From: an uncultured Methanosarcinales archaeon
GTDB taxonomy: Archaea; Nanobdellota; Nanobdellia; Woesearchaeales; ARS49
Length of the DNA: 61,498 nt
Assembly: GCA_964360565.1 (NCBI GenBank)
Contig: CAYHXI010000001.1
Coordinates: 1 to 61,498, forward strand
Direction of reading: 5' to 3'
The notes under the pieces are model-generated. The model made no database searches. It saw only the letters and a program-made list of their open reading frames with translations, and was not told where the DNA came from. The position numbers and the translations under genes are program-made. Below are positions 43,676-52,752 of the stretch, piece by piece; within the stretch, counting starts at the first letter, position 1; every line of letters begins with the position of its first letter.

Positions 43676-44356
43676 TTAAATAATACTTTCAGGTTTATCT
43701 TTGAAAAATTCGTCTATTGCGGTTTTAACTCCTTTTGCAGTAGGGTAATCATGCGATAAAATAAATCCGCCTCGATTCATTTTTGAATAGATGAAATTAA
43801 GGGAATTTACTGTACTTTCGTGTGTGTCAACATCTAAATTGACAAAACAAAATCTTTTATCAGTCATGTTTTCAGCATCCTTGGGAAAATAACCTTTGTA
43901 AACTGAAACATTGACTTCTTTAGAGAATAATTCTTTAACTGCACTATAATCTGAATTAAAATCGCCATTTACAAATGTGTTGTCGCTTTCTTTGTCAACT
44001 TCTTTTGCGTCTTTTAGTCCTTCAAATGTATCAAATAAATACAAACTCTTAGCTCCTTTGACAGCGCATATTAATTTTGCGCTACCTCCTTTGTAAACAC
44101 CAATCTCCAACATATCTCCAGCTACTTTTGTTGAAGATTTCGCTAAAGAGAATAAAACAAATGCTTGGTGTGCAGACATTAACAGTTCTGTTTCTTTTTG
44201 AACTTGTTTAAAGATATTGAAGAAATCCGAATCAAATTGAACTATTTCTTTATTCTTTCGATTAAGATATCCTAGAGTTATGCGTTTAATGAATGATTTT
44301 GGTAAGGAAAATATTTTGTTTTCTAATACTCTGTAAAAAAGTTCTTTGAGTTTCAT
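43676..44356 (-). CDS. TylF/MycF-like (macrocin O-methyltransferase family) methyltransferase
   Basis: GDMLEIGVYKGGSAKLI, LYLFDTFEGL and VNLDVDTHEST. Confidence 0.65.
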   Translation of the reverse strand: MKLKELFYRVLENKIFSLPKSFIKRITLGYLNRKNKEIVQFDSDFFNIFKQVQKETELLMSAHQAFVLFSLAKSSTKVAGDMLEIGVYKGGSAKLICAVKGAKSLYLFDTFEGLKDAKEVDKESDNTFVNGDFNSDYSAVKELFSKEVNVSVYKGYFPKDAENMTDKRFCFVNLDVDTHESTVNSLNFIYSKMNRGGFILSHDYPTAKGVKTAIDEFFKDKPESII

Positions 44357-44358
44357 TA

Positions 44359-46401
44359 TTATTTCTCCATTAAGTTTTTGTAAACCTTCAAAGTCTCTTC
44401 AGCAGTATTCTTCCAACTGAACTTCTTTGCTTGCTCAAATCCTTTATTTATTAATTCTTCTCTCAATCTTTTATCTGTGAGAATTTTTTCCATTGCATTT
44501 TTTATTTCTTCGATTGATAAGGGATTTACCAATAATGTGGCATCTCCTGCAACTTCAGGCATAGAGGATGTATTTGCAGTGACAACTGGACATCCGCAAG
44601 CCATTGCTTCTAAAATTGGCAGTCCAAAGCCTTCGTAAAGTGACGCTAAAACGAATAAATCTGCAAGATTATATAAATAAGGCAAGTCTTCTTCATCAAT
44701 GTAGTCTGTGAAAATAATTTTATCTTGAAGATCGAGTTGCTTTATCTTTTCAAATATTGGACTGTAAAGCCAGCCTTTCTTTCCAACTATGACAAATTTA
44801 TGTGGAAAATTATTTTTCTTCAGATGGTGAAACGCTTCAATTGTTCTTTCCAAATTTTTTCTAGGCGAAAGTACACCAGTGAAAAGCAAGAATTTTTCTG
44901 GAAGAGCATACTTAGTTCTAATAGTATTCAATTTGGCAACATTTGTTATTCTTTTGTATTTTTCACCTACGCCTAAGTAAATTACTTTAATTTTCTCGTC
45001 CAATATATTGAAATACTGCATTATGTCTTTTTTTGTCGATTCTGAATCTGCGATTATTATGTCTGCATTGTTGACTGACTTTTTAAGAAAAAATTTAAAA
45101 TATAATTTATTTTCCATTGTAAAGCTTTCAGGATACTTAAAAAAAGATAAGTCATGAATTGTTATTGTGTATTTGCATTTTTTACTAAATGGCGCTAAAA
45201 AAGATGGACCGTGAAAAACATCTACATTGTTGTACTGTATTTCCTTTGCAAGCCAGAATTGCTCCCAGAATATTCTCATAAATCTTATTTTGGTTGGAAT
45301 TGAAGTTATGTAGTTTACAAAATTGTACTTTTTTTCAAGAGCGATTAGTGGCTCATGGTTGTTGAAGAATAAAACATACTTGTTCTTTTCATCTATTAAA
45401 GAGAGGTTTTTAACTAATTCTAGCGTGTATCTTTCTATTCCACTCATACTTCTTTGTAAATATCTGGCATTGATTCCTATTGTAGAATAATACGGCACAA
45501 ATTCAAAATTATGGTCTGATTGGTTGGGAAAATTTCTGCTAACTAACGCCTTGAGAAATCTTTTAACTATTGTGTTTTCTCTGCGTATCAAATTCAAAGT
45601 GATGAATGCTGGGCTGTAAAAAAACATATATGTGTGGAACAAAATTCTTTCAAAAAATGGTAAATTTCTATTGACAAATCTCAAACGATTTTTTGTAAAC
45701 AAATAAACAGATAATGGACTTTTATATCCTCCTGTGGAAGAAGAAACTTTGTGCCAAACTTTTGCTTTGTGAGAATAAAATATTTTTTTGCCTTGCTTTT
45801 GAATTTTATAGCAGAACTCAACGTCTTCACAATATGCAAAATAATAGGGGTCGAAAATATCTGAAGAAATATATTTCAAATTAATGAACATGGCGCATCC
45901 AGAAGCAAAAGATATTTCTCCATCAGAGTCATATTGCTTATTGTCTTCTTCTCCATATCCTATTGGAACACTCTTCGACTGCCAAGTTTTCAAAATAAAT
46001 CCTGCTGATTCTAAATTGTTTTTATTATGATAATTATATATTTTTGGGCTTACAATGGCAATATCTTCTCTTGAATTTGCAGTACTTACTAATTCTTTGA
46101 GAAAATTTGTATCTACAGTTGTATCGTTGTTTAATAGAAGAACATATTTTGAACCATTTTTTATTGCGGCTCTGACACCAATGTTGTTTCCCTCTGCAAA
46201 TCCATAATTTTTTGGATTTTTTATAAATATAACTTCAGGAAATAATTTAAGAAGATACTCTGCAGAATCATCACTGCTACCATTATCAACAACTATAAGT
46301 TCATAATTGTCATAATCAACATTTTTTATAGAGTTCAAACACTCTTCAGTATCTTTCTTTCCATTCCAGTTAAGGATTATTATGCTTATTTTTGGGGTCA
46401 T
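44359..46401 (-). CDS. bifunctional GT2 (N-terminal) + GT4 (C-terminal) glycosyltransferase fusion
   Basis: N-terminus ISIIILNWNG..VVDNGSSD..LLNNDT; C-terminus EGFGLPILEAMACGCPVVTA. Confidence 0.85.
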   Translation of the reverse strand: MTPKISIIILNWNGKKDTEECLNSIKNVDYDNYELIVVDNGSSDDSAEYLLKLFPEVIFIKNPKNYGFAEGNNIGVRAAIKNGSKYVLLLNNDTTVDTNFLKELVSTANSREDIAIVSPKIYNYHNKNNLESAGFILKTWQSKSVPIGYGEEDNKQYDSDGEISFASGCAMFINLKYISSDIFDPYYFAYCEDVEFCYKIQKQGKKIFYSHKAKVWHKVSSSTGGYKSPLSVYLFTKNRLRFVNRNLPFFERILFHTYMFFYSPAFITLNLIRRENTIVKRFLKALVSRNFPNQSDHNFEFVPYYSTIGINARYLQRSMSGIERYTLELVKNLSLIDEKNKYVLFFNNHEPLIALEKKYNFVNYITSIPTKIRFMRIFWEQFWLAKEIQYNNVDVFHGPSFLAPFSKKCKYTITIHDLSFFKYPESFTMENKLYFKFFLKKSVNNADIIIADSESTKKDIMQYFNILDEKIKVIYLGVGEKYKRITNVAKLNTIRTKYALPEKFLLFTGVLSPRKNLERTIEAFHHLKKNNFPHKFVIVGKKGWLYSPIFEKIKQLDLQDKIIFTDYIDEEDLPYLYNLADLFVLASLYEGFGLPILEAMACGCPVVTANTSSMPEVAGDATLLVNPLSIEEIKNAMEKILTDKRLREELINKGFEQAKKFSWKNTAEETLKVYKNLMEK

Positions 46402-46404
46402 AGT

Positions 46405-47382
46405 TTATTTTTGAAGGATGTATTTGTTCATCATTTTGTCTATGAGAAATTTAGGAATTATTTTTTCTAAATTTTTTATGTAATTTATATCGAAACCTCT
46501 GTGAAATCCTAACCAGCAATTGTTGCAGGTGGAGTTGTACTTCTTTTGCAATGAAACGGTATTTTCTGAACTCCATATTTTATCAAATTCTTTTTCATTT
46601 ATGTTTCCTAGAATTATGTTTTCATGCTGACATAATGGAACGTCTCCAGTTGGTAGTATTATTACTCTGGTAAATATGCTCATACAAGGCATTTTTATTT
46701 CTTTATTCAACCAACCATTATAATTTTTTAGATAAGTGCTTTTATGATTATCTAAAAAGTTTATTTTTTGCAGTGGTTGTTTTGTTTCCATTAAAGGCAT
46801 ATCACTGTAAATATTTTCGTATCCGAACTCCAAATTATTATCTTCACATAGTTTATTAACGTGATTAAAATCATCTTCAGTGTTCCATGGCGTGAACGTG
46901 TATGCTATTCTTATTTTTGTTATGTCTTTTAATTCTAAAATAATTCTCATAATGTTATCATATTTATCAACTCCTCTTATGTTTTTGTAAGTTTCTTTGT
47001 TTCCTTCTATACTTAGTTGCAATTTGGGTATTTTAAATTCCTTCACTGCACCTATAACTAAATCAGTCATTATTCCGTTAGTTAGAAGTACATAATTTTT
47101 CCCCTTCATTAGAGAAAGTATTTCTCTCCATCGAGGATGCATAAAAAACTCTCCTCCTTCCAATCCTATGCTCGCTGATTTTAATAAGTATTTTGAATTT
47201 AGTGCGTTTTTTATTGTTTCTATACTCAAATCATATTTTGGTTTTGCTTCCCAAATGTAGCAATGTTTGCATAATGAATTGCACCTATTAGTTACATAAA
47301 TCATTAAATTAGATATTTTTCTGCTTTTTATTAGATAGCTGTACATTAATATTCGTTTAATTGCATTTATTTGTTCTTTCAT
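46405..47382 (-). CDS. radical SAM enzyme with C-terminal SPASM/twitch-like Cys-rich domain
   Basis: CNSLCKHCY cluster motif and C-terminal CMS...PLCQH...CNNCW cysteines. Confidence 0.75.
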   Translation of the reverse strand: MKEQINAIKRILMYSYLIKSRKISNLMIYVTNRCNSLCKHCYIWEAKPKYDLSIETIKNALNSKYLLKSASIGLEGGEFFMHPRWREILSLMKGKNYVLLTNGIMTDLVIGAVKEFKIPKLQLSIEGNKETYKNIRGVDKYDNIMRIILELKDITKIRIAYTFTPWNTEDDFNHVNKLCEDNNLEFGYENIYSDMPLMETKQPLQKINFLDNHKSTYLKNYNGWLNKEIKMPCMSIFTRVIILPTGDVPLCQHENIILGNINEKEFDKIWSSENTVSLQKKYNSTCNNCWLGFHRGFDINYIKNLEKIIPKFLIDKMMNKYILQK

Positions 47383-48401
47383 GAGCTTACTTTATTTCCT
47401 GCAAATTTGCAAATTCTTTCTATTATTTCTATGGTTCTTATAGAGTCTTTAAGAGAATTGTGAGGAGTTTTGTTATTTTCTATAGACTCGATAAAATGTT
47501 TTAACTCGGGAACGTATCCATTAGTATATACTGTATTATTTTCCAGACTTGGAACTACTGGATTTAATTCCCACACGGATTTGTTTCTGAGAGTTAATTT
47601 AGACATATTTTCAGCAATTGCTGAATTTAATTCACCAATTACTTCTATTTTTTCAGTGTCTTTGCATTTTTTTCTTGATGATGATATAAATAATTTCCCA
47701 GTAACATTATTTTTGAAGTTTAAAGTCAAAGTTATTGAATGAGGAGAACTATTTTTTGTTTCATAATTTATGCTTACTATCTGTCCCATCAAATATTGTG
47801 CTAAGTCAATGTGGTGTATTCCTAGTTCATACAACATCTCCTCAATGGAAGAATGTCGTCCAACATAAAATTCAGATTTATATGAAGTTATTTTTCCCAA
47901 TTCTCCATTTACTATAACTTCTTTTAGTTTAGTATAAATTGTACTAAATCTTTTTTGGTAACCTACCATTACTTCTTTTTTCTTTAGTTTAGCCAGCTCA
48001 ACAATATCATTCAATTCTTTAACTGTTGAAACTGGAGGTTTTTCCACAAAAACGTGTAAATTATTATTTATTGCTCTAGTTATTATTTTAGGATGTAATT
48101 TTCGATTCACACAAATAACCACTCCATCTAATTTTTCTTCTTTCATCATTTTTTCATAATCTAAATAATGCCTTTCTGCGCCAAAACGTTCTGAAGTATT
48201 TATTGCACTGTAATAATGTTTTGCGCATACAGAAACTAGATTCGCGTCAGTATATGTTAATGCAGGGTAAAGATTTATTGTCGCGTGTTTTCCACAACCA
48301 ATGAACCCTATTCTCATTTTTCTCTTCTTATAAATTATCATATTTTTTAATTGATTTTTTAAGATTCTTCCAAAATTCAAAATGTTATTCATAGATTTCA
48401 T
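47379..48401 (-). CDS. Gfo/Idh/MocA-family NAD(P) oxidoreductase
   Basis: MRIGFIGCGKHA Rossmann motif and EKPP. TTTATAAA box at 48424-48431, 22 nt from ATG 48401, supports the long start; internal ATG 48317 is an alternative. Confidence 0.75.
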   Translation of the reverse strand: MKSMNNILNFGRILKNQLKNMIIYKKRKMRIGFIGCGKHATINLYPALTYTDANLVSVCAKHYYSAINTSERFGAERHYLDYEKMMKEEKLDGVVICVNRKLHPKIITRAINNNLHVFVEKPPVSTVKELNDIVELAKLKKKEVMVGYQKRFSTIYTKLKEVIVNGELGKITSYKSEFYVGRHSSIEEMLYELGIHHIDLAQYLMGQIVSINYETKNSSPHSITLTLNFKNNVTGKLFISSSRKKCKDTEKIEVIGELNSAIAENMSKLTLRNKSVWELNPVVPSLENNTVYTNGYVPELKHFIESIENNKTPHNSLKDSIRTIEIIERICKFAGNKVSS

Positions 48402-48497
48402 TGTTCTTGAAGAGTATTATTCGTTTATAAACATTCACTCCACAAATTATCGAATTAGTATATTTTATAAACTATCCTGATACATCGAGGAATTAGA

Positions 48498-49757
48498 ATG
48501 GTTTTAATATTTTTTATAAATCCCTCTGATGTTTTTTTGGAAAAAAAAGGAGACAGACCTCCTTTAGGATTGATGTACTTGAGTAGTTATATTAAACAAT
48601 TTAACTATACTGCTAAAATATGGGATTTGAATCACGATTCTCAGCAAGAATTAGAAAAAAACATTATTTCTGAAAACCCCGAGTTTTTATGCTTCAGCAT
48701 AGCAGTAACTAGCTATAGATGGTCTGTAGATTTTATTAAAAAAATAAGAAAATCAGGTTATTCTGGAAAAATTATTGGAGGCGGAAATCACATAACTAAC
48801 ATAGCTAATGATTCAGAACCTCAACAATATTTTGATTTTTTAGTTATTGGTGATGGTGAACTCGCTTTAAAAGATATTTTAGAAAATAAAGCAACAAATA
48901 AAATTATTAGAAGTCCTGATATCGAAGATATAAATTTGTTGCCATTTCCAGATTATGCTGGGATAGATATGGACAGATATACGATGACTGTTGAGGGCAA
49001 AAAAGGAGCTCAACTGGTTTCTAGCAGAGGGTGCGTTTTTTCATGTGTTTATTGCGGTTCTGCAAAAATCAAGAAAGTTAGGCAAAGAAGTCCTAAAAAT
49101 GTACTTGAGGAAATGAACTTGTTGTATGATAAATATCAAATTAGAGGATTCTATTTTGGGGATGATATTTTTACTCTTAATTTTAAAAGAACGATTGAAT
49201 TATGTCAACTGATTAAGGAAAATTTAGCAGGAGTTGTTTTTAGAGTGACAACTAGATCAGATTTATTAAATTATGAGGTTTGCAAAGCTTTGAAAGATGC
49301 GGGATGTTCAATTGTTTGTATTGGTTTTGAAAGCGGAAATAACACAATTCTTAAAAATATAAATAAGGGAGAGACTATTGAGCGTCAACGTAAGGGTGTT
49401 GAATTATGTCATAACCTTGGACTAAAGGTTAAAGGGTTTTTTATCATTGGTTTACCTGGCGAAACACGTCAAACTGCTATGGAAACAATACAATTTGCCA
49501 AAAGTTTGAATCTTGCTTATGCGGATTGTTATCCGATAACTCCATATCCTGGAACTCCTTTGTGGGATAACCCTGAAAAATATGGTTTAGAAATAATTAA
49601 ACCTATTGATGGCAATTGGGACGAATATTATCAAGTAGGCATTAAAGGAGCGAAACACGAGATAAAATTAAAGCACAACAATTTGTCGCAAGAAGAGATA
49701 ATAGAATTTGTTGAATTATTTAATAAAGAAGTATGCAGAAAAGGATTAACATACTGA
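48498..49757 (+). CDS. B12-binding-domain radical SAM enzyme (class B)
   Basis: SSRGCVFSCVYCGS cluster motif and an N-terminal Rossmann-like domain. TTTATAAA box at 48464-48471. Confidence 0.8.
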   Translation: MVLIFFINPSDVFLEKKGDRPPLGLMYLSSYIKQFNYTAKIWDLNHDSQQELEKNIISENPEFLCFSIAVTSYRWSVDFIKKIRKSGYSGKIIGGGNHITNIANDSEPQQYFDFLVIGDGELALKDILENKATNKIIRSPDIEDINLLPFPDYAGIDMDRYTMTVEGKKGAQLVSSRGCVFSCVYCGSAKIKKVRQRSPKNVLEEMNLLYDKYQIRGFYFGDDIFTLNFKRTIELCQLIKENLAGVVFRVTTRSDLLNYEVCKALKDAGCSIVCIGFESGNNTILKNINKGETIERQRKGVELCHNLGLKVKGFFIIGLPGETRQTAMETIQFAKSLNLAYADCYPITPYPGTPLWDNPEKYGLEIIKPIDGNWDEYYQVGIKGAKHEIKLKHNNLSQEEIIEFVELFNKEVCRKGLTY

Positions 49758-49776
49758 TTTTTGGAGAAAATAAAGA

Positions 49777-51285
49777 ATGAGCAAGAAGAAAATACTTTTA
49801 TTCAGCCCGAAACCAACAAAGAATCAGTACTATAAATACGCTCCTTTATCTCTTTTAGCAATATCTTCTTTATTATCTGAAGAATATGAAATTAAAATAA
49901 TTGTCGCTCGTCCAGGAATAGATTACGTGGCTCAAATTATTGAAGAGGCAAAAGATTCATTTGCAGTTGGTATAACAGTTCTGACAGGATATCCTATTAA
50001 GGAAGCATTGGACGTTTCAAGAAAGATAAAAAAGATACGTTCAGACATTCCAATAATCTGGGGAGGCAGACACCCAACTATAGCGCCTAGGCAGACTATA
50101 TCTGACTGTGCGGTAGATTTTGTAATTGTTGGGCAAGGAGAGCGTTCTTTTTCCGAGTTAGTTAAACAAATAGAAACAGCAAAAGAATTCGAAGAAATTT
50201 CCGGTTTAGTTTGGAAGAAAAATGGGGAAATAATTTTTAACAAAGAGAGAGCATTTGAAAATATTAATAATTTTCCTTCACTGAATTACTCTTTGCTGGG
50301 AAATGTTGATAAATATATTCAAACGTCTGAATTGGGTAATAGAACAATAAATTATATATCTAGTATTGGCTGTCCTTACAAATGCAAATTTTGTTCTGAG
50401 CCTAAAACTTGTTATTGCAGATGGAGCGGACTGACTGCAGAAAGAGTAGTATCTGAAATAACTCAGTTAGTTAAAGATTATAGAGTTGATGGTGTAATAT
50501 TTAATGATAGTAATTTTTTTGTTGATAAAAATAGAGTTAAGAAAATTGCAGAAGGATTCATAAATAATAAATTAAATATTCGTTGGGGAGAAGTAAATGG
50601 TAGAGTTGATACTTTATTAAACTTGGATGATGATTTGTGGCAATTAATTGCTAAAAGTGGCTGTCATAGAATATTAATTGGAGCTGAATCCGGCTGGCAA
50701 AACGCGCTGGATTTAATCGACAAAAGGATAACTCCTGAACAAATCTTAAAAGTCACTGAGATTTGTAATCACCATAATATTTGTTTGATTTTTTCTTTAA
50801 TGATTGGACTGCCATTCTCAGATTTGAAAAATATGGCTAAAAATACTTTTATAGAGATGGAATTTACACAGACGTGTAAATTAATAGATGATGTACTGAG
50901 AATTTCCTTAATTAAACATCATTTTTTGCTTTTTGTTTATACTCCGTATCCAGGCTCAGTTTTCTATGAAGATAGTATTAAATTAGGATTTAAACCTCCA
51001 ACGAATTTGGAAGAATGGGCAGAATTTGAATTAAACAAACTGTATATTCCTTGGGTGCCTAAGAAGTATAATTTTATTTCAGGCCAACTTACAGAATACA
51101 TTTTTCCTTTATTGTCTCAGATTTATAAATCGAGATTGAATTCATTCAAACATTTCAAATATCTTGCAATTGTTGCCTATTCTTTTTTTCAAAATCTTGC
51201 TGTGTTACGTTGGAAATTAAAATTCTTTCATCTGTCTATTGATTATTTTTTATTTAGAAAATTAATTTTTATGAGAAATAAATAA
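49777..51285 (+). CDS. B12-binding-domain radical SAM enzyme (class B)
   Basis: SSIGCPYKCKFCSE cluster motif and an N-terminal Rossmann-like domain (ILLFSPKP...). Confidence 0.8.
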   Translation: MSKKKILLFSPKPTKNQYYKYAPLSLLAISSLLSEEYEIKIIVARPGIDYVAQIIEEAKDSFAVGITVLTGYPIKEALDVSRKIKKIRSDIPIIWGGRHPTIAPRQTISDCAVDFVIVGQGERSFSELVKQIETAKEFEEISGLVWKKNGEIIFNKERAFENINNFPSLNYSLLGNVDKYIQTSELGNRTINYISSIGCPYKCKFCSEPKTCYCRWSGLTAERVVSEITQLVKDYRVDGVIFNDSNFFVDKNRVKKIAEGFINNKLNIRWGEVNGRVDTLLNLDDDLWQLIAKSGCHRILIGAESGWQNALDLIDKRITPEQILKVTEICNHHNICLIFSLMIGLPFSDLKNMAKNTFIEMEFTQTCKLIDDVLRISLIKHHFLLFVYTPYPGSVFYEDSIKLGFKPPTNLEEWAEFELNKLYIPWVPKKYNFISGQLTEYIFPLLSQIYKSRLNSFKHFKYLAIVAYSFFQNLAVLRWKLKFFHLSIDYFLFRKLIFMRNK

Positions 51286-51311
51286 GTACTCTGATGAATG
51301 ACTCAATAGAA

Positions 51312-51971
51312 TCATTCTAACTTTTTAACGCAAAATAATTGATACGCATACTGAGGTTTATTTCTAACAAATAACTGAGTCAAATCTGAAATCATCAACC
51401 ATAATAGTCTCGGTTTAAACTTAATTTGAGATTTAAGCGTCCTGAGATTGATTAGACCATTCATTCCTGAAACAAAATATCCTAATTTTTTAAATTCATT
51501 AACTGTCCAGCCACTTTTATGTTCTTGATATTTGTTAACATACCCATCCTGAGCAACAAAACTGTGTGCGCCCTGAGAAATAAACCCATTTGGAGTAAAT
51601 ATTATTACTTTTTTCTTTGCGATTTTTTCCATTTTGCGAATAAGCTCTAATCCGCCGTTTTTATCTAAGTGCTCTATTAGGTCTAATGCTACAACACAAT
51701 CGAATTGTTTTGGTTGAAAATATTTATCGATTTGCATTACATTTGCGCAATAATATTTATCATGTATTTTGCTAGTTTTACTCTTTAATAGAGCTGGTTT
51801 GAAAATGTCTATGCCAACTTTGTAAACGTTTTCAGTTATTAGTTTGAGGGGAGATGATTTTCCACAACCAACATCTAAAATACTTCGCACATTTCTTAAT
51901 TCTTTCAATAATTGCTCTTCATATCCTGGCAAAATTTTTTTATACTCTTTTTTCATTGCTTCTTTTATCAT
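51312..51971 (-). CDS. class I SAM-dependent methyltransferase
   Basis: ILDVGCGKSS motif I and VVALDLIEHL. The track ORF opens at TTG 52004; the first ATG at 51971 is chosen, and 51956 is also possible. Confidence 0.7.
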   Translation of the reverse strand: MIKEAMKKEYKKILPGYEEQLLKELRNVRSILDVGCGKSSPLKLITENVYKVGIDIFKPALLKSKTSKIHDKYYCANVMQIDKYFQPKQFDCVVALDLIEHLDKNGGLELIRKMEKIAKKKVIIFTPNGFISQGAHSFVAQDGYVNKYQEHKSGWTVNEFKKLGYFVSGMNGLINLRTLKSQIKFKPRLLWLMISDLTQLFVRNKPQYAYQLFCVKKLE

Positions 51972-52749
51972 TTTGTAATTTCCACAGTTTAGCTCGTTCA
52001 ACAAATAAGTAAAAAGTCACTAAAACACTCAGAACTAAGCCATAAATGCCGTCTTTATAGTTTTTTCGAAATATGAAATAATGTGGAAGAAACAAGGCAG
52101 GTTCTATAAACAAATAATAAAAATTAATTCGTCCGATATTTTTTGCCAGCAAGCCAGATTTTTGTCCGTCGTTAGATAAATTTGCAGACCAAGTAGTATA
52201 CAGATTCATTTTTCTGATAAATGTTTCGATGTCTGGATAACCATAATGATAAATTGGACTGTGTATTCTGCCAATTTTGCCTTGCACATCTAGAGGAGTG
52301 TGGGAGTCTAAACTGCTGTAAACTCCTTTGTTTTTTTTGAATAGTCTAATTATTTTAGTTTTTGTCCACAAAGGCCCAACAAATTCTTTACCAAAAAAGA
52401 ATGGTTTAAAATTGAAATAAAACGAATCATATTGATTTTCTTTTATTTTTCTTAAAATTTCCTGCTTGCAGGAGTCGGTTAACACTTCATCTGCATCAAC
52501 AGATAAAATCCATTCGCCCGAGGCTTTAGTGAATCCGAAATTTTTATTGTGGAGTGAGGCATCATATTTCCCTCCATTTCTAATGTAAAATTTACTTGTG
52601 TATTTTTTAGCTATTTCTGCAGTCTTATCTGTGCTTTCATTATCAATAAATATTATTTCATCAACCCATTTTATACTTTCGAGACAGTTCTTTATTTTAT
52701 CTTCTTCATTTTTAGCTACTATTACTGCAGATATTGTTATTTTTTTCAT
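51940..52749 (-). CDS. GT2-family glycosyltransferase
   Basis: ISAVIVAKNEE, IDNESTD and SVDADE motifs. Confidence 0.8.
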   Translation of the reverse strand: MKKITISAVIVAKNEEDKIKNCLESIKWVDEIIFIDNESTDKTAEIAKKYTSKFYIRNGGKYDASLHNKNFGFTKASGEWILSVDADEVLTDSCKQEILRKIKENQYDSFYFNFKPFFFGKEFVGPLWTKTKIIRLFKKNKGVYSSLDSHTPLDVQGKIGRIHSPIYHYGYPDIETFIRKMNLYTTWSANLSNDGQKSGLLAKNIGRINFYYLFIEPALFLPHYFIFRKNYKDGIYGLVLSVLVTFYLFVERAKLWKLQNDKRSNEKRV

Positions 52750-52752
52750 TTT

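Noticed and set aside
48402-51285. RiPP precursor peptide beside the tandem B12-radical SAM genes
   Set aside because: No short ORF with a plausible leader/core layout is visible in the flanking 100-nt spacers. The context is entirely sugar-related.
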